Made by a program: the position numbers and the translations under genes
Shown here: positions 1-13,583 of the stretch, piece by piece
Position numbering within the stretch: the stretch's first letter is position 1
How the letters are laid out: each line of letters opens with the position of its first letter
Source: Octopus vulgaris
Lineage: Eukaryota
Length of the DNA: 64,000 nt
Assembly (NCBI GenBank): GCA_951406725.2
Contig: OX597829.1
Location: 28,086,001 to 28,150,000, forward strand
Direction of reading: 5' to 3'
The notes under the pieces: model-generated
Databases searched by the model: none
What the model was told of the DNA's origin: nothing
The model's input: the letters and a program-made list of their open reading frames with translations, nothing else

Positions 1-111
1 CCTCATAGACTGGTAGTAAGATTTTGTATCGTTCAAGTTGAAATGAAGGAAAAAGTTATGTGTAGTTTGTTTCCTTTGATTCAGTTCTGATAATCTTTAA
101 CTGCACCCAAT

Positions 112-112
<1 letters not shown>

Positions 113-194
<82 letters not shown>

Positions 195-220
195 TTCTCT
201 CTCTCTCTTTCTCTCTCTCT
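113..220. repeat. (CT)n microsatellite
   Basis: Directly visible. Confidence 0.95.
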
Positions 221-1154
221 CGCTGAGCAGTCAGAAAAAACCCCCAGAAAAGTCTAAGGAATTTGTTTATCACTGGTGCTTCTTTTGTATAAGAACTGAT
301 CCCTTGCTGCCATTGTCTACAGGTTTAACGAGTTCCGGTCTAGTTGCTGTGGATGGTGGATATGATGGAGGGGTAGGATGATCTAGCAGGAGACAGTGGT
401 AGCAACAGTGGTCATTATAAAATCTTTTTCATGGATCCTTAATATAACTACGGTGGATCTCCGATTTACTAAGTTGCTTGTGTGGACTCCGAAAAATCTT
501 GTATGGCCCTTGGTTGAGAAACACTGACAAAGAACATTATAAGTGGCTGTCCATGATTCTTAGTGCTGTAAAATGGATCTCTGGTGCTTCTGATGATGAA
601 TTTTATATTGTTTTTCAATCAACTGAAATAGTTGCTTGTGGCTGTGTAGTTAAGTAACTCACTTCTCAATCATGTGGTCTTGGGTTCAGTTCCACTGTGC
701 AGTGTCTTGGGCAAGTGCCTTTAACTATTATAACTTTGTGAATAAATTTAAATGAATATATATATATATATACTGTTGATAGGCCAAATACTGCAGTATT
801 TGTCCAGAGATAATATTTCTTATGCACTTGCTGTGCTAAAAACACTACAAAATATCATAAAGACAAATGAAAATTTATCCCACCAGCTGTAGTGAGAGCC
901 ACAAGCATTTTGGCATTTTCAATGGTGCATACTTCCAGCCAGTCATATCATACACATTGATATATCTATATGCATATATCAATGTGTTTGTGTGTTTTTA
1001 GACATCATATGATCATTGTAAAGAGTATCACTGACATACAAATAATGTTGTTCACTTTCCTGCCATCCATTGTCACATTTTTTTACTTTGCTTCAAAGCA
1101 GGTGAGGGTTGGCAAAAAAGGCATCCAGTAGTAGAAAATGTACCTCAATAAATG

Positions 1155-1840
1155 TGTCTCACTCACCCACTCACCTACCACTAACCCACTCATTCACTCA
1201 CACACCCACTCAATCACTCATTCATACACACACTCACTCACTCACCTATACACTCACTCACCTCTCACTCACTCATTCACTCACATCTCATTCACTCACT
1301 CACCCACTCACTCACTCAACCACCCACTCACTTAACCACTCACTCCATCACTTATTCTCTCCTTCACTCAACCCACTCACTCACACACACCCACTCACTC
1401 ACTCACATACTCATTCAACCACCCACTCACTTAACCACTCACTCACTCCTACCCTCACACACTCCCTCACTCACCCACTCCATCCCACCATCCCTCCCTC
1501 CCTCACTCACCCACTCAATCACTCATTCACACATTAACTCACTCACTCGCTTGCTCACTCAACCATCCACTCAGTCACTCACTACCTCACTCCATCACCC
1601 ACTTACTCACTCTCTCCCTCACTCACCCACTCACTCACTCCCTCCCGCCCTCCCTCCCCTCACTCACCCACTCACTCACTCACACACACACTAACTCACC
1701 CAGTCACTCACTCGATTGCTCACTCACCCACCCACTCACTCATTCACCTACTCACTCAACCACCCACTCACTCCCTCACTCCATCACCCACTTACTCTCT
1801 CCCTCACTAACCCACTCACTCACTCACTCCTTCACTCAAC
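1155..1840. repeat. Degenerate (CACT)n simple repeat
   Basis: Directly visible; explains the His/Thr/Ser/Leu-rich spurious ORFs. Confidence 0.95.
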
Positions 1841-1852
1841 TACTCTGCATAG

Positions 1853-1900
1853 AGTATCAGAAATGAAACAAAAGCATGCAAACATTCAGAACAATCGCAA
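1853..1900 (+). CDS. Possible small exon (SIRNETKACKHSEQSQ)
   Basis: Unique 48-nt island between (CACT)n and (GGT)n tracts with ag|...|gt boundaries; the donor GTATCA is weak. Confidence 0.25.
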
Positions 1901-2219
1901 GTATCACATTTGATCAATTTGAAATGAATTACAAGAGTGATGGTAGTGGTGGTGGTCCTGGTGGTGGTGGTGATTGCGATGGTGGTAGTGGCGGTGGTGA
2001 TGTTGGTGATGGCTGTGGTCATAGCAGTGATAGTTGTGGTGGTGGTGATTTTCTTATTACAATGATGTAAACAACAATCTCCGCACCAAAAAAACAAAAA
2101 AAAAAAAACAACACAGCAAAGCTAACACTGACCAAGGAAAAACCTGGTCATGTATGGACTTGTTTATCACTGGTGCTTCTTTTGTATAAGAACTGATCCC
2201 TTGCTGCTATTGTCTACAG

Positions 2220-2304
2220 GTTTAAGGATTTCCTGTCTAGTTGCTGTGGATGGTGGATATGATGGAGGGGTAGGACAAGAATATACTTGCCTCATAAACT
2301 GGTA
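2220..2304 (+). CDS. Candidate upstream exon (G-LRISCLVAVDGGYDGGVGQEYTCLINW), locally duplicated
   Basis: CTGAT branch-like motif, ctacag| acceptor and |gtaaga donor; open frame, phase 1 to 2. 'YTC' resembles the N-terminal part of DUF3105 proteins. Near-identical partial copies at 1-15 and 323-378. Confidence 0.4.
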
Positions 2305-2469
2305 GTAAGATTTTGTATTGTTCAAGTTGAAATGAAGGAAAAAGTTATTTGTAGTTTGCTTCCTTTGATTCATTTCTGATAATCTTTAACTGCACCCAAT
2401 AGTCTCTCTCTCTCTCTGAGCAGTCAGAAAAGGCTAATTCAATGAAAAATATTTCCCTCCTGTATTTCT

Positions 2470-2782
2470 TATTTCTTTATTGCCCACAAGGGGTTAAACC
2501 TAGAGGGGACAAACAATTTGAACTCAGAATGTAACGGCAGACGAAATACCTATTTCTTTACTACCCACAAGGGGCTAAACACAGAGAGGACAAACAAGGA
2601 CAGCCAAATGGGTTAAGTCGATTATATCGACCCCAGTGCGTAACTGGTACTTAATTTATCGACCCCAAAAGGATGAAAGGCAAAGTTGACTTAGGCGGAA
2701 TTTGAACTCAGAACATAGCGGTAGACAAAATACCACTAAGCATTTCACCCAATGTACTAACGTTTCTGCCAGCTCACCACCT
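2470..2782 (-). mobile_element. SINE family B copy with partial tandem duplication
   Basis: Reverse complement of the gagctggcagaaacgttag...gagttcaaatt...gcctttcatcctttcggggtcgataaa element also at 13236, 21670, 49362, 53759 and 63883. Confidence 0.85.
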
Positions 2783-3862
2783 TTCCCTCCTATATGTCTG
2801 GAGATGTTACATCTAATTGATGTAGAGCTTATGGAGGTGGGCGTAGTGGTGGTGGTGTGGTGGTGTGGTGACAGCTGTGACAATGGTGTTGGAGAAGGTG
2901 TGTATGTGTGGAGGGTGTGAGTGTTTGTTTGTTTTGTTGTTTTGTGAACAATTTGTCTCTGTCCTTACATTTTAACTCTTTGCTGTTGCATAGGAACTGA
3001 GAGTGTAAAATAACCAATCACCATCATTAATCAATTTATATTCCGTTTTGATGCAAAAAAAAAAAAATAAATAAAGTAAAAAAAAAAACAGAAAAAAAAC
3101 ATATGACCAAGCAAACAAACAAAAATTAATATTTCCAGGAATAATGTAGTCTTTTGGGAGTGGCCATTATTTCGAATCTTTTGTTTTCATCCAATCCAAG
3201 TTATTATTTCTGGACATTGCCTGCTGTAGCTATAACCTTGGTGCTGTTCTTAGGAGGCAGCCAAAGTGGATTAATCTGAAAATATTTTGTCTCTCTCTTA
3301 ACTGGCTTTTCATACATTTCCTAAGGCTAATCCTCCTCCTCCTCCCACTTGTGTGTATGTGTGTGCATGCTGTAGATGTTCTGCAATGCACTCATTTCAG
3401 GATCTGGACACTGCTGACTTGCAGGGGTTATGTCAAACAGCTGTTACTGTTTTAGATAAATGTGACTGTTGCATGCTTATATGCATTCATCACAAATGCA
3501 TGCTGACCAACTGTTTTGCTGCGTCTGTTCTTTGTCAGGTGAAATGGCAGAGAAATTTTTGCTATGTCTGGTTGCCATGGTGAAGGAAATATTGAGGTTG
3601 ACGTGACTGTGTAAGGTGAGAACACGATTCCAAAGCACCAGCCCTGACCTCATCAACTACTTTCAATACTACTTGAGAGGTAGGTGGGAAAAAAGAGGGA
3701 AACGTTGCTTGCCTGGGAATTTTCTCGAAGGGGTTGGGGTGGGGTGAAAGCAGGGAACCATGACCTGGATGAATGAGCACCTGTAGATTGTGGTGGGCAG
3801 TCACCTGTTATAATCAGAGCAATCAGACATTGACTTTCAACTGTTCAAGCTAAGTACTGGGA

Positions 3863-4076
3863 TACTCTCTTTTACTCGTTTCAGTCATTTGACCTGTGGC
3901 CATGCTGGAGCACTGCCTTTAGTCGAGCAAATCGACCCCAGGACTTATTTTTTGTAAGCTTAGTACTTATTCTATCGGTCTCTTTTCCTGAACCGCTAAG
4001 TTATGAGGATGTAAACACACCAGCATCGGTTGTCAAGCGTTGTTGGGGGGACAAACACAGACACATATACATATAC

Positions 4077-4122
<46 letters not shown>

Positions 4123-4348
4123 ATGTCCAACCCATGCAAGCATGGAAAACGGACGCTAAACGATGATGATGATGATGTACATATATACGATGGGCTTCTT
4201 TCAGTTTCCATTTACCAAATCCACTCACAAGGTTTTGGTCAGCCCGAGGCTATAGTAGAAGACACTTGCCCAAGGTGCCACACAGTGGGACTGGACCCGG
4301 AACCATGTGGTTGGTAAGCAAGCTACTTACCACACAGCCACTCCTGCA
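3863..4348 (-). mobile_element. SINE family A (tRNA-like head, CORE-like box, internal microsatellite)
   Basis: Homologous to copies at 6718, 9953, 11714, 24727 and 56717; has A/B-box-like head and accttgggcaagt motif. Confidence 0.9.
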
Positions 4349-5228
4349 TCAAAATTTGTTAATTTTTTAAAGTTTTTTTTTTGTTTTTCATCCTGTTTGG
4401 CATACCATCATTATATGTATGAAAACAGGTTAAAAATTATTCCGATTTCAAAAACAATGAGCAAATTTTGCAGAGGAAGAATAATGCCGCAGAATTAAAA
4501 GGAAAAAAGAAAAAACAAAAACAAAAAACTTGTCAAACACTGTAATAAAAAAAATTTTTGTCTTAATTTAAATAACATCAGAAAGGAATAAAAGATATAA
4601 ACAAATTTGTTTGAGAACCCACCACCAGTTGCACCAGCTTTAGAAGGTTTCTGAAGGCCTATTGCCACTGAGTGAAACTATATCACTAGAAAAGAAAAAA
4701 TAAATAAATAAATAAAATACTCAAAAAAAGTTATAAAATTTCTTAAAATTAAAGCAAACATTGACAATTTGACATTTTATCAATGAACATGATTCGTGTG
4801 GCATTAACTTCAAAGCCGACTGTTGACTTGCTTTCCTTTTTTTTCTATGAATTGGTTAAATTGGATGCAAGATTTTATTGAAAAGCTTTTCATGGCTCTT
4901 CAAATAATGGGAAAGCTGTGCAAAAACAATTTGTTTCATTCTCTTGACTGAAATTTGAAATTTGAGAAATGTATTTGTGAAAAAAAAAAAGAAGAAAACC
5001 ATGTGGATCAGGTAGCATTTTGTTCAATAAAAGCTAATTTTGATTAAAGAATTACTATAAACAGTATTGATGCAGTAAAAGGGGGAAAAAAAATCAACTT
5101 AGCTTAAACACAGACATGAAAACGCATTTGCATACACACACACACACACTCATACACACATATTTATATATATGTGTGAATTTGTGTGTATGGGTGTCTA
5201 TTTTTATACATATATATGCGTATAGTTT

Positions 5229-5990
5229 CATCATCATCATCGTTTAATGTCTGTTTTCCATGCTAGCATGGGTTGGACAGTTCGATTGGGGTCTGGGAAG
5301 CCAGGTGGCTGCACCAGGCTCCAGTCTGACAGTGCTTCTACAGCTTGATGCACTTCCTAATGCCAACCACTCTGTGAGTGCCACCGACACAGGTGCCAGG
5401 AGAGGCTGGCAATGGCCACAATCGGTTGTTGCTTTTTACGTGCCACCGGCACAGAAGCCAGTCAAGGCGGCGCTTGCATCGGCTACGTTCGGATGGTGCT
5501 TTTTACGTGCCACCGGCACAAGTATCACAACTACAATTTCCATTTGATTTTTATTTGATGTTGATGTACTTGACTCAATAGGTCTCCTCAAGCACAGCAG
5601 GTCACCCCATGATCCAAGGTAAGCACAGCAGGCCATCCTGCGATTCAAGGTACTTTGGATGGGCTGGAGCTGCTATGTGAAGGTGGTGCAGGAAACGGCC
5701 ATGAACTCACATTATTTGTCGGGTCTTCACAGTCACAGCATATCTCCAGAGATCTTGGTCTTTCATCATTGCCCCTGTGAAACCCAACATTCGAAGGTCA
5801 TGCTTGACGACCTCATCCCATGTCTTTCTGGGTCTACCTCTACTCCAGATTCCTTCAATTGTTTGGGAGTGGCACTTCTTCGCACATCTCTCCTCATCCA
5901 TCCGTAGTACATGACCATACCAGCGCAAACGTCTCTCTTGCATGCCACATCCAATGCTTCTTATGCCCAGCATTTCTCTCAGGGCGCTTA
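5229..5990 (-). mobile_element. RTE-clade LINE 3' end with (GAT)n tail
   Basis: ORF 5707-6060(-) includes RRLRWYGHVLRM...GRPRKTW...W, typical of the RTE ORF C-terminus; 3' UTR repeated at 19890-20513. Confidence 0.88.
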
Positions 5991-6717
5991 TACTCTGTTG
6001 TATGTGCACACTGACATTACACATATAAATATGTCTGTGTATGTGTATATATATATGCATATGTGTATGTACCTATATATATATGTGTGTGTATGTGTAT
6101 ATCATCATCATCATCATCGTTTAACGTCTGCTTTCTATGCTGGTATGAGTTGAACAGTTTGACAAGAGCCGGCCAGGCAGAAGAATGCATCAGACTTCTG
6201 TGTCTTTTTTGGCATGGTTTTTACAGATGGATGCTCTTCCAAATGCCACCCACTTTACAGTGTGAACTGTATACTTTTTATGTGGCACCAGCACTGGCAG
6301 GGTTACCATGTAATTTCCAAAACAAGAAATCTTTGAGAGGCGAGGGGAAATTGGAGGAGGTGATCTTGTGTCAGATGATGAAAGGTTAGAGATCAACAGA
6401 GAGGCAGAAACAGGGTCTTGCTGTAGAGAAGGTACATGGTTACCCAGTCAGAGAGAGAGAGAGAGAGAAGAATCTTGATAAATACAGTTACTCAGGATTT
6501 CCTTGTTGAAACATTAATTTATTTTGCCATTTTTCAAGCTGACAAACTGTCTTGTCCTTATCAGTTTGAAAAACTGGTGAAATAAATTAATGTTTTAATC
6601 AGGAAACCCTGGATAGCTGTATTTGACAATACTTGAAGATTTCATTATGACATTATCTTAACTCTCTTAGTTGATTGAGTGCTTTTCTACTTGTTGAAGC
6701 CTTATCATACAATATAT

Positions 6718-7124
6718 ATAGGTGCAAGAGTGGGTGTGTGGTAAGTAGCTTGCTTACCAACCACATGGTTCTGGGTTCAGTCCCACTGCATGGCACCTTG
6801 GGCAAGTGTCTTCTACTATAGCCTTGGGCTAGCCAAAGCCTTGTGAGTGGATTTGGTAGACAGAAACTGAAAGAAGCCCGTCATATATATGTATATATAT
6901 GTATGTGTGTGTGTGTGTATATGTTTGTGTGTCTGCGTTTGTGCCCCCAACATCACTTGACAACCAATGCTGGTGTGTTTACGTCCCCATAACTTAGCGG
7001 TTCTGCAAAAGAGACTGATAGAATAAGTACTAGGCTTACAAAGAATAAGTCCCGGGGTCAATTTGCTCGACTAAAGGTGGTGCTCCAGCATGGCCACAGT
7101 CAAATGACTGAAACAAGTAAAAAG
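6718..7124 (+). mobile_element. SINE family A, full length
   Basis: Complete head, body and tail; a second diverged copy follows at about 7156-7527. Confidence 0.9.
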
Positions 7125-7705
7125 TATATAAATTATTAAAAAGTACAAATACATATAGGTACAGGTGTGGCTGTGTGGTAAGAAGTTTGTGTTGCAACCA
7201 CATGGTTCCTGGTTCAGTCCCACTATGTGGCACCTTGGGCAAGTGCCTTGTGAGTGGATTTGGTAGACAGAAACTAAAAGAAGCCTGTTTGATGATTATG
7301 TGTGTGTGTGCACGCACATGCGCATGCATACGTGTGTGTCTTTGTGTCCCCACCCCACTTCAAAACCAGTGTTGGTGTGTTTATTTCCCCATTACCTAGC
7401 AGTTTGGTAAAAGGAACTGATAGAATAAGTACCAGACTTAACAAGAAACTAAAACATGTATTGTCTGACTAGAATTTCACAAGGCAATTGTCCAGCATGG
7501 CCACAGTCTAATGACTGAAACAAATAATAGATGTACATGTGCATACAGGCATACACACACATACACACTCCCTGATATTCTCCCTATACCTTGACATATC
7601 TCTCCCTCCCCCCTCTCTCTCTTACCAGCTGTTATGAATCTGTTATTTTTCTTTCTAATCTTTATTAATTTTATTAATATCACTTCAATTTAATTTACAA
7701 TGCAG

Positions 7706-7744
7706 CCTTTCTACGACATCTCATCGGATGAAGAGGAGGATCCA
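7706..7744 (+). CDS. Probable 39-nt micro-exon of the same gene (PFYDISSDEEEDP)
   Basis: tgcag| acceptor and |gtaagt donor; symmetric phase 0-0 with an open frame compatible with exon 9426; CpG-containing unique sequence among repeats. Confidence 0.62.
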
Positions 7745-9425
7745 GTAAGTATAACTATTTCCTATTTTATAGAATTTTCCAGATTCAGAAAAGCTACTTT
7801 TGTATTTAAACTTAAGATTCACAGAGCTGGAACATATCCTGTTCCAGCTCTGTGTATTCAGAGCATCAGATAGAACGTATCCTGGCTGATATTCTAACAG
7901 TTCTGTCAATTATTCAATCAGATTTTTGTTTTTTTTATTCACTCTGAATGGATGGAAGACAAATTGGATCCCAGTGGGATTTGAACTTCGATAAGTATTT
8001 GTGCTCCAAGTTCAAATTCTACTAAAGTCAACTTTCAGGGACAAATACTGTAGAGCATTCTATTTAACACTCTAATACAGGGGTTTGAAAAGTGCTCAGT
8101 ATTGACCCCTGGGGAGACTTATGTGGCTGTTGATAAAGATCTAAAACAATTCTGAGCATTATTGGTGCTTAAGTATTAGCAAACTGAATCTGGAAGAGTG
8201 TGGTAATGTAAGGCTAAAGCTCCACCAATTTCCAATCAAATAATTTCCAGCAGGTTAAACTGGTTAGGAAATTTAGTCTGCCACCCAAACAGGACATGGC
8301 AGGATTTGGACTCAGAATAGAAAGAACTGGTAAAAAATCTCATGAAACATGCTCATGTTGCTTTGGCTGTATGGTGAAGAAGTTCACTTTGTGATCATGT
8401 GGTTTTGGGTTCATTCTCAATGCATAGCACCTTGGGCAAGTCTCTTCTATTATAGCCCCAACTGATCAATGCTTTATGAGTGAATTTGGAAGACAAAAAC
8501 TGCAGAAGCTCATTGTATATGTGTGTGTGAGTGTGTGCATGTATGTGTGCGTGTGTGTGAGGGAGAGGGAGAGAGAGTGTGTGTTTATGTGTATTTTTGT
8601 ATGCATGTATATGTCTTAGTGTTAGCATCTGCATTTTCCACTCTTGACAACTAGTATTGATTTGTTTACAACCTTGAAGTTTATTAGCTTGTCAGAAGAG
8701 AATGATGACTAGGGGGTGAAACAAATGAAAAATAAAAGCAGAGTTGACCATGACAATATTTGAACTCAATACACTAAGAATCAAAACAAATGGCATCCTC
8801 TGAGGAATTCTATCAGGGGCTCCATCGATTCTGCCAATTTTCTTCCAAGTGAGATATGTTCTTATTTTATTTAATTTTTGTTGACTTTGTTTTTTTACTC
8901 TTCAAATGGAGTAGCATCAAAGGAGCTAAAGAATAGAATATTTTAAAATGTAAATATCTAAAGAGAAATAAATTTTTCCTGTGAATTGAACTAATTCAAC
9001 ACACATGGTTCCCTTAATGGTCTCAGCTATAAGATTATCATTTTGTCATTATATGAAGCATGATTATAAATTGGAAATTGAAATTAAGAAATCAAAAGGA
9101 AAAAGTTACATAGAGTTCACATGTCTATATTTTATTTTGCTTACTTAATACAAAGTTGTTAAAATATCTACTTGTCAGTAATCATGTATTGCACTATTTC
9201 ATTCTTTTTAGAAGTTATCAGCATGATAAACCTGACATTAATTAACCATTTTATGGAGTGTGACATTTCATTAAAGATGAAAATAAATACTGATTGGAGG
9301 AAGTTCATGGAATGAGTGTTTACTACATTTCTTTTCTTCAAGGAATATTAGTAGATTAGAAATAGAAAAAGTTCTTGGTGATCTAATTAACATGCACATT
9401 TAACTCTTATTTCATTTAATTGCAG

Positions 9426-9481
9426 CCAATACATGTTTGCCTGCCGGAAAACATCACTTATAACAAAGACATACCAACATC
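9426..9481 (+). CDS. TP53I13: DUF3105/TP53I13-like gene, internal exon (PIHVCLPENITYNKDIPT-S)
   Basis: tgcag| acceptor and |gtaagt donor; 56 nt, phase 0 to 2. Joins the next exon as TC|T (Ser). Peptide matches the DUF3105 'H.C....I.Y...IPT' segment as recalled. Confidence 0.88.
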
Positions 9482-9675
9482 GTAAGTCATTTATTAAATG
9501 ACCAATAATTTTTTTTTTAAGCATGAGACAGCTTAAAATACTTTTCCTTTGGTGAGGGGGTGGGGCTTCATTATGTCTGTTTCTGTTGAGAATTTCACTA
9601 GAAACCTTCTCTGATGTATGTGTGTGTGTGTGTGTGTGTGGTGATATAAACAGGAAAATAGAGCTCAAAATGTGA

Positions 9676-9719
<44 letters not shown>

Positions 9720-9952
9720 ACACCACATGCATGACCTCCTGACACCACCAACAGGCTCCAAAAGTCTATGTCTGTAACTCAGAAGACTGTGCAGGTGAGC
9801 TCAGCAAACCAACTTGCTTAGGGCGGAAGAAGCAATAGTCAAAGAAGTCAAAAGAGTTGAAAATAAACAAAACCGTTGATATAACCAAAATACAAAAACT
9901 TTAATTAAGAGGCAAATAAACATTTATGGAATAAATAGAATTCTTTAGAGAG

Positions 9953-10360
9953 ATAGGTGCAGGAGTGGTTGTGTGGTAAGTAGCTTGCTAACCAACCACA
10001 TGGTTCCGGGTTCAGTCCCACTGCGTGGCATCTTGGGCAAGTGTCTTCTGCTATAGCCCCGGGCCGACCAATGCCTTGTGAGTGGATTTGGTAGACAGAA
10101 ACTGAAAGAAGCCTGTCATATATATGTATATATATATATGTGTGTGTGTGTCTGTGTTTGTCCCTTTAGCATTGCTTGACAACCGATGCTGGTGTGTTTA
10201 CGTCCCCGTCACTTAGCGGTTCGGCAAAAGAGACTGATGGAATAAGTACGGGCTTACAAAGAATAAGTCCCGGGGTCGATTTGCTCGACTAAAGGCGGTG
10301 CTCCAGCATGGCCACAGTCAAATGACTGAAATAAGTAAAAGAGTAAAAAGAGTAAAAGAG
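9953..10360 (+). mobile_element. SINE family A, full length, young-looking
   Basis: CpGs retained; (gtaaaaga)n tail. Confidence 0.9.
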
Positions 10361-10927
10361 AGAGTTCTTTCATTTACCTCTTCTTTTGGTGAGCTCTTCT
10401 TTTTATTCACCAGTTATGGAGATGCAAACAAAGCAGCACTGTTTGCCAAATGATAAGAGACAAACACTGACAATCTCACACACACACACACACATGCAAA
10501 AAGGCTTTTGCATAGTTTTGATTTACCAGATCTGCTCAAGGCTTTAGGAAACGACACTAAAGTGCTACACAGTAAGACTAAATGTAAAAGCATACAGTTG
10601 CAAAACAACCTCCTCATCCCCACCTCACAGCCACACCTATGCTTATACAACTTATGCAGGTGCTCAAAGACATTGTTTTAAGTAAATTTATGAAATATTT
10701 ATTTTGAGTTCAGCCTTAGAATAAACCAATCCCAGAATTCCCCATTGATGTACTTTAGTCAACACGGCTGTAACTGAGATGTTGTGGCATTCATTATTTA
10801 CCAGGAGAGAAAATGCCGTATTAAGGATGTCATAGATGTTGATGTGACAGAGTCTTTTAAAAAGAACTATCCACTTCCTGGATTGTTTCTCTGACATTCA
10901 GCTTATCTTGGAGCATCAACAGTGCAT

Positions 10928-10980
<53 letters not shown>

Positions 10981-11713
10981 TGTGTGTGTGTGTAAGTGCA
11001 TACAAATGTTAATGACTTAAGAAAAGCAGCAAAGCCAACAAAATTTATGAAAGAAGGCAACATCTGGACGTTAGTTTTCTGTGGTGGATGTGAAACTCAT
11101 ACAAAAGAACACTGAAGCTTACACTAATCTCTCTCTGTCTTTCTCTTTCTCTCTCCCTCTGTCTCTCTTTCACTCTCTCTCTCTCTCTCTCTGTCACGCA
11201 CATACTGTTGACTATTCAATATATCACCGAAAGTGGACAGTTATGTAACACTTTAACAAAACAACCCAGGGATTTACATAGAAAATATCTTAATGTGACA
11301 TTCTACAACCACATTTGCACAGAGAGAAAGCGAGCGAGAGAGAGAGAGAGAGATAGTGAGACAGACAGACAGACAGATACACATGTGGTAGTGGTGGTGG
11401 TGGTGGTAAAGAGAGAGTTAGTTATTCATTTCTTTCTTCAGTTGTCTGCACAAAGACCAATCAAACATTTATCTTTGCTTAATGTTTGAACATAGTTTAC
11501 AGACAGTTATGAATTGCTTTGTACAATTGGTCAGTCAACATTAATCATCATGAATCACCACTTGCTACCATCATCACCACAACCACCACCACTGCTGCCG
11601 CCACTGCCACCATCACCACCACCACCAACAGTACCAACCCTCACTGCTACATCCACCACTACAATCACCACCACCATCTTCATAAAAAAAATTATCTTCA
11701 TGAACATTACTTG

Positions 11714-11935
11714 CTACTCTTTTACTTGTTTCAGTCATTTGAATGTGGCCATGCTGGAGCACCGCCTTTAGTCGAGCAAATCGATCCCAGGACTTATTCT
11801 TTGGAAGCCTAGTACTTATTCTATCGGTCTCTTTTGCCGAACTGCTAGATTATGGCAACGTAAGCACACCAATATCGGTTGTCAAGCAATACTGGAGGGT
11901 ACAAACACAGACACAAACATATACACACATATACA

Positions 11936-11969
<34 letters not shown>

Positions 11970-12133
11970 CAACGGGCTTCTTTCAGTTTCCGTCTACCAA
12001 ATCCACTCACAAGGCTTTGGTTGGCCTGAGGTTATAGTAGAAGACACTTGCCCAAGGTGCCACGCAGTGGGACTGAACCTGGAACCATGTGGTTCGTAAG
12101 CAAGCTACTTACCACACAGCCACTCCTACGCCT
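11714..12133 (-). mobile_element. SINE family A, full length
   Basis: Reverse complement of the 9953 copy. Confidence 0.9.
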
Positions 12134-13504
12134 CAGTGAACATTTACTGTGGAACTTCCCTGTCAAAACTATTTAGCTTGGGCATCATCCATCTCCCATC
12201 TTTCAAACTGGTAGCTTCCTCTCAGATTACACTGTAGTGGTACATGCTGACAGAAGTTCTCTCTGATCCAAACTTTTCCAACTCTCGTGCACTCCTGGTT
12301 CCTGCTTTGTTTGCCGTCACTACTTTCTCTTCTACACCTATGATCTACTCGCTGTCACCTGCAGCAACAACAACCTCTCCTATGCTAGGGAGATGTAAAC
12401 AAACCAACACTGGTTATCAAATGGCAAGTGACAGACACTAACTCAAAGATGCATGCACACACACACACATGCATACACATGCACCCATTCATGCACACAT
12501 GTGCACATGCACATACACACATGTGACAGGCTTTTGCATGATGTAAATGGTATATATGCAAACAGTACCGTCCTTCGTCTTCCTCTAACTTCTCTCCATC
12601 CTAACCTGCACTGAACAGAGAACTTAAAAATGCCCTCCCTCATGAGTGACAATAACAATGACAACTACAATTCCTATAGGAGAACCTCTATATGGCTCCC
12701 CAATCTATTAAAATTGCTGTCAAATCACCCTCATGTCACATCTGCAGTAGTTTCAGATAAAGTGTTTCAAAGTAAAAAATGTGATGTTTGCCGTACAAGT
12801 ACTTTTGATCATAGTTGTGCCAGTGCCACATAAAAGTTCCTGTGCGGTGCCGTGTCAAAGTACCCAGCACACTCTGTAATGCCGTTCGTGTTAGGAAGGG
12901 CACCCAGCTATTGAAGCCAAGCCTAATCAGACCAGAACTCTCCAGCTTGCCAGCTCTGGTCAATCCATCCATGCCAGCATGGAAAATGGTCTGGTCAAAC
13001 AATGCCAGCATGGAAAATGGATATTAAATGATACTGCTGCTGCTGATGATGATGGTTATCAATGACCTGAAGCTAAACAACATTTTACTACAGATAAAAA
13101 GAGACAAGATACCAATCTAGTTCCCTTCTAACCATCTGTCCATCCATCCATTTTCTCTACCCTTGATTCATGGTAGGGTCATGGGGGTAGAATCTTCATG
13201 TACCTCCTCCAAATTTTAATTTAATTAGATGATATGGTAGGCTGGCAGAATCATCAGCATACCAGGGAAAATGCTTAGTAGTTTTTGTCCATCTTTACAT
13301 TGAATTCTAATTCTGCTGAAGTCGACTTTGCCTTTCATCCTTTTGGGATCAGTAACATAAGTACCAGTGAATCACTAGGATCAATGCATTCAACTTAATC
13401 ACCTCCATCTTCTGAACTTACTGGCCCTGTGCCAAAATTTGAAACCATTTAATTAAACATTTTTAATAATCCAAACTTTGCTTTTTTTGTTTTTGTTTTT
13501 GCAG

Positions 13505-13583
13505 TGGTAGTCACCGACCTCTGTGGCCAAAATATGGAGATTATATGTACTTGCCACCACAGCGATGGTTACATTCACTTGAG
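13505..13583 (+). CDS. TP53I13: DUF3105/TP53I13-like gene, core exon ([26 protein letters not shown])
   Basis: Long polypyrimidine tract plus gcag| acceptor and |gtgagt donor; 79 nt, phase 2 to 0. Carries the hallmark [20 protein letters not shown] motif of metazoan DUF3105 proteins. Confidence 0.93.

Noticed and set aside
1109-2097. His/Thr-rich and Gly-rich ORFs
   Set aside because: Translations of (CACT)n and (GGT)n simple repeats.
4030-4317. Recurrent 'VYQIHSQGFG.PEAIVEDTCPRCH' peptide (also 11743, 24900, 56894) looking like a gene family
   Set aside because: It is the antisense translation of SINE A.
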